NCBI GenBank assembly: GCA_004298625.1
Contig: SCSY01000159.1
Coordinates: 1-34,885 of the forward strand
Source of the DNA: Nitrospirota bacterium
Lineage (GTDB): Bacteria; Nitrospirota; Thermodesulfovibrionia; Thermodesulfovibrionales; UBA1546
Reading direction: 5' to 3'
Length of the DNA stretch: 34,885 bases
Shown: one piece after another, positions 9,010 through 16,634 of the stretch
Numbering within the stretch: position 1 is the first letter of the stretch
Layout of the letters: every line of letters begins with the position of its first letter
The notes under the pieces: generated by a model
Seen by the model: the letters and a program-made list of their open reading frames with translations, nothing else
The model's database searches: none
What the model was told of the DNA's origin: nothing
Made by a program: the position numbers and the translations under genes

Positions 9010-9425
9010 ATACAAGAGATTATTATGAGCTTTTCCGTTTTCTTATGGAGCAGCATTGTCTGCTGCAGGAAGATATTCTTTTTGTTGAAAATATTGCTGA
9101 ATGGTGCAAAGAGCATGGAATCCCGGAGCCTGATAATGAAAAACCTCTGAAACTGATATTAAAAACTCCGATGGGCTGCAAGATGCTGGTAAGGGAAAAT
9201 ATTCCTGAAAAGGTTATAGATGAGAGGATTAATGCGCTCAGGATTCGGGGGCAGGTGCAGAATGCGGCAGTTGACAGGGCTGAACTGCTTGATTCAGCTC
9301 AGAAAAAGCTTGCGTATCTGTTTTTAAGCGAATATGCCTCCAGTCTTCCTGATATCAGCGATGAACTCGACGCCGACAACTGGGCTTTTGAACAATTGGA
9401 AGGTTTTGAATTTTTAAAAAAATGA
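9006..9425 (+). CDS. Hypothetical protein (139 aa)
   Basis: Start and stop are both coupled to neighbouring ORFs by 4-nt overlaps. No family recognised. Confidence 0.45.
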   Translation: MNTRDYYELFRFLMEQHCLLQEDILFVENIAEWCKEHGIPEPDNEKPLKLILKTPMGCKMLVRENIPEKVIDERINALRIRGQVQNAAVDRAELLDSAQKKLAYLFLSEYASSLPDISDELDADNWAFEQLEGFEFLKK

Positions 9426-9439
9426 TGGGGAGGTATAGC

Positions 9440-9949
9440 ATGGGAAAAGTATTGTTATTTATTTCTGCATTGATTTTTGTTTTAGGATTTTCAGTGATTG
9501 CAAATGCCATTCATGAAACAATCCCATCAGAGACGCAGATTCCCTTGCCCGGGCCGAATGCAGAAAAATTGTATGAATATATAGTCAGATATAAGCCTTA
9601 TACAGAATGGGAATTATGGCCTAAGAAAGGTAAATTTTACGAAGGAGCAGAGCCTCACGGCGCGCCCCTTACGACGTTTGTTAACGATGCAGCCTTTCAT
9701 TCGATATTTGAGAAAAAAGGCATGGCTGACGGCTCTATCATCGTCAAGGAAAATATCGCCGATAAAAAATCTGTTACCCTTACCGTGATGTATAAGATAA
9801 AGGGTTATAATCCTGATGCAGGGGACTGGTTCTGGGCAAAATATAACCCAGACGGAAAGGTAGAGGCATCAGGAAAGGTGAAGGGCTGCATAGACTGCCA
9901 CAGTAAGATGAAAGACAATGATTATATATTTACCGGAAAGGTGAAATAG
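9440..9949 (+). CDS. Secreted mono-haem protein, cytochrome P460-family-like
   Basis: GGAGG 7 nt before the ATG at 9440. Signal peptide MGKVLLFISALIFVLGFSVIANA. Single CIDCH haem motif near the C-terminus. Layout Y..W.., DGSIIVKE, WFWAKY..C..CH resembles P460 / cytochrome c-prime-beta proteins. Confidence 0.55.
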   Translation: MGKVLLFISALIFVLGFSVIANAIHETIPSETQIPLPGPNAEKLYEYIVRYKPYTEWELWPKKGKFYEGAEPHGAPLTTFVNDAAFHSIFEKKGMADGSIIVKENIADKKSVTLTVMYKIKGYNPDAGDWFWAKYNPDGKVEASGKVKGCIDCHSKMKDNDYIFTGKVK

Positions 9950-9971
9950 AAGGCGGGAAAGGGGCTGCGAT

Positions 9972-10418
9972 ATGCCGCATGCAGGATTAATGGATACAGA
10001 CGCCCTCGGGCCCGAAGCAGGGCCGTTGATGCGCGCGAAACTCCACATACGGGGGGGGAAACGCAGGCTCAGGCAGGGAAAGATATCTGCCGGCATTTTA
10101 ACGCTTTATGACGCCCTCGGCGCGGCAATGGAATGGCACATTGCATCTCCGGAGCGGAGGAGCAGGCTTCAAGTCCTGAAGGGAGAGAACCTGAACGATG
10201 AAAAAATTATTTTTAAGGTTCTGGTGCGTTCCGGAGTTCTCGATAATTCCTTTGACTATCAGGAGTTCGATAGGCTGGTGGAGAGGGCTGCGGATGAGGA
10301 CATGACGGGTTATGATTACAGGGAGCTGCTGAAAGGAATCGAGTCTGTAATGACCCGGCTTGGCGTCATGCCGTTTGACGAAGGGGAACTCCCGCCTGAA
10401 GATCCATCTACATTTTAA
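9972..10418 (+). CDS. Hypothetical protein (148 aa)
   Basis: ORF in operon orientation. Contains a G8 homopolymer at 10041-10048. No family recognised. Confidence 0.4.
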   Translation: MPHAGLMDTDALGPEAGPLMRAKLHIRGGKRRLRQGKISAGILTLYDALGAAMEWHIASPERRSRLQVLKGENLNDEKIIFKVLVRSGVLDNSFDYQEFDRLVERAADEDMTGYDYRELLKGIESVMTRLGVMPFDEGELPPEDPSTF

Positions 10419-10439
10419 CTGATTTATGGAGGTATAAAG

Positions 10440-10784
10440 ATGCGGACAATCGAATACAAAGGAATTGAGATTAAACTGGACGATGACGGTTATCTTTTAA
10501 ATTCCGACGACTGGAATGAGGGTGTTGCTTGCGCGCTTGCTGAAACAGAAAATGTTGAAGAGCTCACAAAAGACAGAATGGACATAATAAAGTTTATGAG
10601 AGAATATTACAAAGTGCATAATGCCTTTCCGATCCTGAGGGCTGTCTGCAAAAACGTTCGCCAGTCGAAAGATTGTTTCAGCGAAAAATTCATTGACCCA
10701 CTGAAGGCATGGAAGATAGCAGGACTGCCCAAGCCCGACGTGCACGTGATAGCCGACATAAGAGGAGAGGGGGGGGTTGTATAA
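10440..10784 (+). CDS. DsrC/TusE/RspA-superfamily protein lacking the C-terminal arm cysteines in the annotated frame
   Basis: GGAGG RBS. IEYKGIEIKLDDDGYLLNSDDWNE, LTKDRMDIIKFMREYY and KIAGLPKP are hallmark DsrC-family segments. The frame-0 tail is DVHVIADIRGEGGVV. Confidence 0.8.
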   Translation: MRTIEYKGIEIKLDDDGYLLNSDDWNEGVACALAETENVEELTKDRMDIIKFMREYYKVHNAFPILRAVCKNVRQSKDCFSEKFIDPLKAWKIAGLPKPDVHVIADIRGEGGVV

Positions 10785-10815
10785 AATCTCCGGCAATATC
10801 CGCGGCTGAAAAAGG

Positions 10816-12777
10816 ATGAATAGGCTCTCTGCAGAAAGGTCTGCGTATCTGAAGCATTCCGCTTATCAAAATGTAGCCTGGTATCCGTGGTCCGAGGAAG
10901 CCTTTGAAAAGGCAAGGGAAGAAGACAAGCCGGTCTTTCTCAGCACAGGCGCAGTATGGTGCCACTGGTGCCACGTCATGGCAAGGGAATGCTTTGAAAA
11001 TGAAGAGATTATAAAAATTCTCAATGAGAATTTCATCAATATAAAATTAGATAGGGACGAGAGACCTGATATTGACAGGAGATACCAGTTGGCGGTTGCA
11101 GCCATGGGTTATGGCGGAGGATGGCCTTTAAGCGTGTTCCTCACCCCTGACAAGAAACCTTTTTTCGGAGGCACATATTTCCCCCCTGAAGATAGTCACG
11201 GCAGGCCGGGATTTAAAAAAGTGTTGATTAGCGTGTCTGATTTTTATAAAGCAAAACGAAGTTCTGTTTATGAATTCAGCGAAAAACTCGATGGTCTCCT
11301 TAAACCAGGGCCTTTATCATCAGGAGAGCTTAACGAGTCCATGCTGAATCAAGCAGTAGGGGATATTCTTTCTGAATTCGATCCTCAGAACGGCGGTTTC
11401 GGCACAGTTCCGAAATTTCCGATGCCGGGCGCAATGGAGTTTTTGATAAACAGATATTATTTTGACCGAAAAGAATCTATAGAGGCCGCTGTCAAGAAGA
11501 CCCTTGAGGCCATGGCAAAGGGCGGATTCCGCGACCATGTCGGAGGCGGGTTCCACAGGTATTCAACCGATGAGGCATGGATTATTCCTCATTTTGAAAA
11601 AATGGCTGATGATAACGCATGGCTTTTAAGGAATTATAGCGACGCATACGCTGTTTTCGGAGATGAATATTATAAGAAAATCGCGGAGGAGATAATAGGA
11701 TTTATAAGAGCTGTTCTGTCGGATCCAAACGGCGGCTTTTATGCCAGTCAGGACGCCGATGTAATACCTGAGGATGAAGGCGGGTATTTTACATGGACCG
11801 AAGAGGAGTTCAGAAGAATACTGGATGAGGATGAATACCGGGTCCTGTCCCTTTGCCTGTTTCATGAGAGAGGGTCCATGCCTCACGACGAACTGAAAAA
11901 GGTATTGTTTATTGGTGCGGAGGCGGAAGAAGCTGCCGTGAAAACTGGAATGGACTTGAAAAGCGTTAACGATATAATTAAACGGGGAAAAGAAAAATTA
12001 CTTAAAGAAAGAAATAAGAGGGAAACGCCGTTTATTGACAGGTCCTTGTATATGTCTCTGAACGGCATGCTCATAACCTCATATCTTAATGCCTACAGGA
12101 TATTGAAGGATGAATACCTGAAAGATTTTTCCTTAAAGACCCTTGAAAGATTGCTGAAAAGCCGTTTTATCAACTCCGAACTTTTTCATTCAGAGGGCGT
12201 AAAGGCGGTATTGGAGGACTATATATATTTGATAGAGGCGTTAATTGCAGCATACGAGGTTAGCGGAAGCGCGTCTTATATCAATCAGGCAAATGAGCTC
12301 ATGGCATTATGCATAAAAAAATTCTGGGACGAGACAGAGGCCGGGTTTTTTGATACTGCCGAAGAAGTTTTGGGCGTAAGGCTTAAGGCGATAGAAGATA
12401 TCCCGCATCCCTCGGCAAATGCGCTCGGCATTATACAGCTTTTAAGGCTTTATCATTTAAGCGACAATCAGGAATATCTTAAAAAGGCAGGGAGGGCCTT
12501 AAGGGCTTTTTCAGGAAGGGCTGCGGAGTTGGGCCTTCATTCAGGCTATTATTTCTATGCAGCTGATTATTATTTCAATATGCTCAGGCTTACCTTGCAT
12601 ATTAAGCCCCAGAGTCGCTTAAGCAAGGAGGCGCTTTCCAGCTACAGTCCTTATACAAGCATAAATTACTCGGATGATAAGGGATATATACTTCCCTGCG
12701 GCAAATCCGGATGTTATGAGCCTGTTTATAATATTGACGAACTTAAGGATTTCTTAAGGAGCAGGCGGAAAAAATGA
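10816..12777 (+). CDS. Thioredoxin-domain (DUF255) protein with C-terminal alpha/alpha-toroid domain (YyaL / SPATA20-like)
   Basis: 653 aa. N-terminal AWYPWSEEAFEKAREEDKPVFLSTGAVWCHWCHVM is typical of the family. Long helical-repeat C-terminal part. Confidence 0.9.
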   Translation: MNRLSAERSAYLKHSAYQNVAWYPWSEEAFEKAREEDKPVFLSTGAVWCHWCHVMARECFENEEIIKILNENFINIKLDRDERPDIDRRYQLAVAAMGYGGGWPLSVFLTPDKKPFFGGTYFPPEDSHGRPGFKKVLISVSDFYKAKRSSVYEFSEKLDGLLKPGPLSSGELNESMLNQAVGDILSEFDPQNGGFGTVPKFPMPGAMEFLINRYYFDRKESIEAAVKKTLEAMAKGGFRDHVGGGFHRYSTDEAWIIPHFEKMADDNAWLLRNYSDAYAVFGDEYYKKIAEEIIGFIRAVLSDPNGGFYASQDADVIPEDEGGYFTWTEEEFRRILDEDEYRVLSLCLFHERGSMPHDELKKVLFIGAEAEEAAVKTGMDLKSVNDIIKRGKEKLLKERNKRETPFIDRSLYMSLNGMLITSYLNAYRILKDEYLKDFSLKTLERLLKSRFINSELFHSEGVKAVLEDYIYLIEALIAAYEVSGSASYINQANELMALCIKKFWDETEAGFFDTAEEVLGVRLKAIEDIPHPSANALGIIQLLRLYHLSDNQEYLKKAGRALRAFSGRAAELGLHSGYYFYAADYYFNMLRLTLHIKPQSRLSKEALSSYSPYTSINYSDDKGYILPCGKSGCYEPVYNIDELKDFLRSRRKK

Positions 12778-12826
12778 CAAGGAGCGGAGTTTGTTGAATT
12801 TCGAGACAAAAGGCATTTCGGGGGAA

Positions 12827-12854
12827 TTGACATTATCAAAAAATGTGATAAGCT
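12827..12854 (+). promoter_or_regulatory. Candidate sigma70-type promoter upstream of the nitroreductase gene
   Basis: TTGACA (12827-12832), 16-nt spacer containing TGT, then TAAGCT (12849-12854). Confidence 0.3.
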
Positions 12855-12893
12855 TTAAACAGATGGAATATATAAAATAATACGGAGGCAGCC

Positions 12894-13523
12894 ATGGATA
12901 TAATTCAGGCGATAAAGGAAAGGCGTTCGATAAATTTTTTTGAGACAGGCCAAACCATTGCCGATGATAAGCTGAAAGAACTGCTTGAGACGGCGAATCT
13001 TTCTCCGTCATCTTTTAATCTCCAGCCGTGGAAGGTTGTTGTCGTGAAGAGTCCTGAGAGGAAAAAAATCCTGAGAAAGTGCGCATTCGACCAGCCGAAA
13101 GCAGAAGAGGCTTCGGTTGTATTGATCATGGTGGCTGACCCGAAGGCTATGGAGGAGAACATTGACAGGATGCTCGAAAGCTGGGTGCAACTGGGTTATA
13201 TGAAACCTGAGATGAAGGAGACATACAGGGGTATGGCGAATAACCTCTACGGAACGCCGGAGAGCGAGAGGAGGAAATTCTTCGCAGTAAAGAACACGGC
13301 ATTATTTGCGATGAACCTGATGCTTGCCGCAAAAGGGCTTGGGCTTGAAACGCACCCGATGGACGGATTTGACGAGGACTGCGTTAAAAAGGAGTTTAAT
13401 ATACCGGCAGACAAGGTAATCCCGATGCTCGTGGCAGTGGGTCATTTGAAGAAAGGCATAACCCTTCTTCCCCGGGCGTTCAGGAGGGATATAAAAGAAT
13501 TCGTAAAATTCGAATCATATTAA
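12894..13523 (+). CDS. Nitroreductase-family flavoprotein
   Basis: GGAGG RBS. IKERRSINFF, PSSFNLQPW and the family-typical C-terminal HPMDGF. Confidence 0.85.
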   Translation: MDIIQAIKERRSINFFETGQTIADDKLKELLETANLSPSSFNLQPWKVVVVKSPERKKILRKCAFDQPKAEEASVVLIMVADPKAMEENIDRMLESWVQLGYMKPEMKETYRGMANNLYGTPESERRKFFAVKNTALFAMNLMLAAKGLGLETHPMDGFDEDCVKKEFNIPADKVIPMLVAVGHLKKGITLLPRAFRRDIKEFVKFESY

Positions 13524-13537
13524 AAAGGGAGATATTA

Positions 13538-14032
13538 ATGCTAACAGGGAAAGAGAATCTTATTCAGGCGCTTATCGAGGCGTATATAATGGAGAAGGGG
13601 ACAATGGATTTTTATGCCGATGCAGCTTCAAAGGCCAGGGATCCTGAGGCGAAGAAGATATTTAAGGAGCTTTCTGCCTGGGAGCACAGGCACATGGACT
13701 TTATCGGATACCTTTATCAGGCGATACAGGAAGACAAGGACGTAATGGGTTTTGAAAAATTCACGGCAAAGACCGCTGCGCCTGTCACCGAGGCCGGGAT
13801 CCCCGTTAAAGACCTTGAGAGAGAACTTGAAAAACATGAGTTTATTGATGATATGGGAGCGCTCATCCTTGCCCTTGAAATAGAAGGGAAGGCCTACGCC
13901 CTTTACAGTAAACTCTCAAAGATCGCAGAGGACACCAATGCAGGGGTGGTATTTAAGGAGATGATGGAACAGGAGACAAAGCACGTTGCTTATCTTAAAA
14001 ACTTGAGGATGAAACTTTCCGAGACGTCATAG
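13538..14032 (+). CDS. Rubrerythrin-type di-iron four-helix-bundle protein (no rubredoxin domain)
   Basis: E / ExxH pattern occurs twice: MEKGTMDFY..WEHRH and LEIEGKAY..QETKH. Confidence 0.75.
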   Translation: MLTGKENLIQALIEAYIMEKGTMDFYADAASKARDPEAKKIFKELSAWEHRHMDFIGYLYQAIQEDKDVMGFEKFTAKTAAPVTEAGIPVKDLERELEKHEFIDDMGALILALEIEGKAYALYSKLSKIAEDTNAGVVFKEMMEQETKHVAYLKNLRMKLSETS

Positions 14033-14062
14033 AATATATTATAGAAACCGGGGGATTGACAA

Positions 14063-14563
14063 ATGAATGCAATCGAGATAGCAATCAGGATGGAGACGGA
14101 CGCAATAACTTTCTATACAGACGCAGCCAAAAAGACGAAAAATCCTGTCGGCAAAAAGATGTTTCTCACGATAACAGAGGATGAAAAAAGGCATCTCAAA
14201 ATGCTTTCTCAGATATTTAAAGGGCTTGACATAAAGTTGAAGGACGTCAGCCCGATGAAGAATATCAAGACAGTCTTTGAAGGGCTGAAAGGCAAGATGA
14301 TGGAGCGGGTTAGCGCAACTTCTAATGAGCTTGAGGCATTTAAGATCGCAATGCAGATGGAAAAAGAGGGGATAAAATTTTACAAGAAAACCGCTAAAGA
14401 GGCAAAGAAAGAAAAAGAAAAGAAACTTTTTGAAAGGCTTGTTCATGAAGAAGAACAGCACTATAACATTTTTGCGAATACGTATTTTTTCATGTCTGAC
14501 ACCGGGAGTTGGTTTATGTGGGAAGAGCACAGCATCGTAGACGGCGGGACGCCATGGGCATAA
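14063..14563 (+). CDS. Rubrerythrin-type di-iron four-helix-bundle protein (second copy)
   Basis: RMETDAITFY..EDEKRH and MQMEKEGIKFY..EEEQH. Confidence 0.75.
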   Translation: MNAIEIAIRMETDAITFYTDAAKKTKNPVGKKMFLTITEDEKRHLKMLSQIFKGLDIKLKDVSPMKNIKTVFEGLKGKMMERVSATSNELEAFKIAMQMEKEGIKFYKKTAKEAKKEKEKKLFERLVHEEEQHYNIFANTYFFMSDTGSWFMWEEHSIVDGGTPWA

Positions 14564-14566
14564 AAG

Positions 14567-14628
14567 CAGTTATCAGTTATTAGTTGTCAGTTTTTGGACT
14601 AACAACTAAAAACTAAGAACTAAAAACT
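14567..14628 (+). repeat. Intergenic heptamer-array hairpin, CAGTTAT-type x4 then AACTAAN-type x4; terminator-like
   Basis: CAGTTAT CAGTTAT TAGTTGT CAGTTTT tgg act AACAACT AAAAACT AAGAACT AAAAACT, followed by TTTTT. TTAGTTGT (14580-14587) pairs perfectly with ACAACTAA (14603-14610). Confidence 0.8.
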
Positions 14629-14644
14629 TTTTCCGGAGGAAAAT

Positions 14645-14899
14645 ATGGGTTATTCGACTGTTGCTTTGAAGGATAAAATAGTTGGGATGTATCCTGAGGT
14701 TACAAAACATGGCATAGCGGTGTCTCTCGACTTTGACAGGGCAAAGAATGCCTATCTCGTCAAATTCACAAAAGACAGCCATGAACTTGAAACCCACATC
14801 GAGAAGAAGGATGCCGATGAGTGCATGGACGGCATTAAGTGCGTTTATCTCGGGATTCAGGTTGCGCAGTTTATAAAGAATTTTGAGGAGAGAAAATAA
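14645..14899 (+). CDS. Hypothetical small protein (84 aa)
   Basis: GGAGGA RBS 5 nt upstream. No family recognised. Confidence 0.5.
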   Translation: MGYSTVALKDKIVGMYPEVTKHGIAVSLDFDRAKNAYLVKFTKDSHELETHIEKKDADECMDGIKCVYLGIQVAQFIKNFEERK

Positions 14900-14959
14900 A
14901 TCAGTTCTCAACGGTCGCGGCTGCTGTTAAAAAACGTGTTTTTCGGTTAATATATTTTC

Positions 14960-16000
14960 ATGAGTGCTAAGACCATTAATTTCAGGAAAGCGCCTGGAAA
15001 AATCCTCATAATCAAACCGAGTTCTCTCGGCGACATTGTCCACAGCCTGCCGTTTCTTAATGTCTTAAGGGAGAGCTTCCCAAAATCCGAGATTCATTGG
15101 GTTGTTGCAAGAGGGCTCGAGGGCCTGCTTGAAGGCCATCCGATGATAAACAAGCTCTGGGTCATAAACAAGGATGAATGGAAAAAGATAAAGAATGTTA
15201 AGGGCACGGTAAGGGAACTGGCAAAATTATTTGGGGCCTTGAAGAACGAGAGATTTGACCTTGTGGTTGACCTTCAGGGACTCCTGCGAAGCGGAATTCT
15301 GGCGGCGGCAACACGCTCTCCCTTGCGGATAGGGTTCAGCGAGGCAAGGGAAGGCGGCAGTCTATTTTATACGCACAGGGTTAAAGGAGGAAAGGAGATA
15401 CACGCCGTGGACAGGTATCTTAAGATTGCGCAATCACTCGGCTGCAATATTTCTGATATCAGATTTCCTTTTCCATTATCTTTCAACTCTTCACTTTCAA
15501 CTCCTAACTTTCAACTTCCAAAGGAATACGCCGTGATTGTTCCCGGCGCAAGATGGCAGACCAAGAGATGGCCTGCCGGGAGATTTGGAGAGTTGGCGTC
15601 AATGTTGTCAATAACGTCTCTTATTGTCGGCGGAAAAGCTGATATCGAGATATCAAATAGAGTTGCAGCAGGCTCCAAAGGCAATGCCATATCTCTTGCA
15701 GGCAAAACGAGCATTAAAGACCTGATAGATATAATGAGAAACGCTCAGTTTGTTGTAAGCAATGATTCAGGCCCCATGCATATTGCGGCAGCCCTCGGCG
15801 TGCCTGTCTTTGCGATATTCGGCCCTACGAATCCGTCAAGGACAGGGCCTTACGGCAAAGGGCATGTAATTATAAGAAAAGGGCTTGAATGCTCTCCGTG
15901 CTATAAAAAAAGCTGCAAAGATATCAGGTGCATGGCTGCCGTAAGCGTTAAAGAAGCCGCTGAAATTATCGGGCGGAGAGCGCATAAAAAAGGTTATTGA
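14960..16000 (+). CDS. Glycosyltransferase family 9 (LPS heptosyltransferase-like)
   Basis: ILIIKPSSLGDIVHSLP near the N-terminus and NDSGPMHIAAALGVPVFAIFGPTNP near the C-terminus. Confidence 0.85.
   Translation: MSAKTINFRKAPGKILIIKPSSLGDIVHSLPFLNVLRESFPKSEIHWVVARGLEGLLEGHPMINKLWVINKDEWKKIKNVKGTVRELAKLFGALKNERFDLVVDLQGLLRSGILAAATRSPLRIGFSEAREGGSLFYTHRVKGGKEIHAVDRYLKIAQSLGCNISDIRFPFPLSFNSSLSTPNFQLPKEYAVIVPGARWQTKRWPAGRFGELASMLSITSLIVGGKADIEISNRVAAGSKGNAISLAGKTSIKDLIDIMRNAQFVVSNDSGPMHIAAALGVPVFAIFGPTNPSRTGPYGKGHVIIRKGLECSPCYKKSCKDIRCMAAVSVKEAAEIIGRRAHKKGY
15480..15521 (+). repeat. In-frame 14-nt x3 tandem repeat (CTTTCAACTYYYMA), heptamer-periodic
   Basis: CTTTCAACTCTTCA CTTTCAACTCCTAA CTTTCAACTTCCAA. 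42 nt, translated SFNSSLSTPNFQLP in the inter-domain linker of the GT9 enzyme. Confidence 0.85.
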
Positions 16001-16065
16001 CTTTTTTCATAATTTCATTAAAAATACAACGCAACAAGTCTGAAATTTTAACGAGGAGGGAAGTT

Positions 16066-16368
16066 ATGAAGCTTGGTATTTTTGTAAACACAAATCGGCA
16101 TCTCGCTGATGTGACCGGCCTGGTAAAAGCGGCGCTTGCCAGGGGACATGAAGTCATAATGTTCAATATGGATGATGGAACGAAGCTGTTGGGCACTCCT
16201 GAGTTTAAGGAGTTGTGCAAAACAAAGGGTGTTACAATGAGTTTCTGCGACCACAGCGCCAAGGGGCTGGGGGTTAGCACGGAAGGCATTCCGGCAGAGA
16301 TTGTATGCGGCAGCCAGTTTAACAACGCAAATATGGTGCATGACGCCGACAAGATAATAGTTTTATAA
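16066..16368 (+). CDS. DsrE/DsrF/TusD-family sulfur-relay protein
   Basis: GAGGAGGG RBS before the ATG at 16066; the track ORF starts upstream at 15997 and overlaps the GT9 gene. MKLGIFVNT..GHEVIMFNMDDG..MSFCDHSAKGLG..ADKIIVL matches the DsrE fold pattern. Confidence 0.65.
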   Translation: MKLGIFVNTNRHLADVTGLVKAALARGHEVIMFNMDDGTKLLGTPEFKELCKTKGVTMSFCDHSAKGLGVSTEGIPAEIVCGSQFNNANMVHDADKIIVL

Positions 16369-16401
16369 GCAGGAAGCAGAAACTAAAGAAGGAGGATTAA
16401 G

Positions 16402-16572
16402 ATGAAGATACTATATATACTTAATGACGGAGCTACAAAACTATCGGATCAGATAATAAGTGTTCAGTCCAAGGGCAATGAGGTTAAGGTTGTAGACCTT
16501 TCAAAAAAGACGGCATCGTATGAAAGCATTATAGATGATATTTTTTCGCATGACAGAGTTGTATCCTGGTAA
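16402..16572 (+). CDS. Small ORF (56 aa) absent from the ORF track; weak DsrH/TusB-like termini
   Basis: AAGGAGGA sits 6 nt before the ATG. My translation is MKILYILNDGATKLSDQIISVQSKGNEVKVVDLSKKTASYESIIDDIFSHDRVVSW. The start (ILY.LN) and the end (D.VVSW) resemble DsrH/TusB, but the middle is missing. Confidence 0.35.
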   Translation: MKILYILNDGATKLSDQIISVQSKGNEVKVVDLSKKTASYESIIDDIFSHDRVVSW

Positions 16573-16588
16573 AAAGGGGGTGAAGAAG

Positions 16589-16623
16589 ATTTAATATTCA
16601 AGATTCAAGATTTAAAATTTAAA
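16589..16623 (+). repeat. Heptamer array ATTYAAR x5 abutting the Shine-Dalgarno of the rhodanese gene
   Basis: ATTTAAT ATTCAAG ATTCAAG ATTTAAA ATTTAAA, then AAGGAGG. Confidence 0.7.
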
Positions 16624-16634
16624 AAGGAGGATTT

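Noticed and set aside
8481-9116. 211-aa ORF on the minus strand
   Set aside because: It is antisense to the cupin gene and the coupled small ORFs. It has Ser/Leu/Phe-rich shadow-ORF composition, no RBS and no recognisable motif.
14381-14440. A/G-rich low-complexity stretch (GGCAAAGAAAGAAAAAGAAAAGAAAC)
   Set aside because: It simply encodes a Lys/Glu-rich helix (KEAKKEKEKKLFE) of the rubrerythrin-like protein. It shows no phased unit and no complementarity.
14039-14530. 163-aa minus-strand ORF
   Set aside because: It is a mirror image of the second rubrerythrin-like gene, which has clear E/ExxH di-iron motifs. Its Phe/Leu/Lys-rich composition is a shadow of the Lys/Glu-rich sense frame.
14567-14628. 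Whether the short repeats (here and at 2737, 4438, 16589, 23266) could be a CRISPR array
   Set aside because: The units are 7 nt, directly tandem, with no spacers. There are no cas genes in the window. Several arrays are translated.
15997-16065. N-terminal extension of the DsrE-like ORF as given in the track (start 15997)
   Set aside because: It overlaps the GT9 stop and has no RBS. The ATG at 16066 is preceded by GAGGAGGG, and the protein then begins like DsrE-family members (MKLGIFV).
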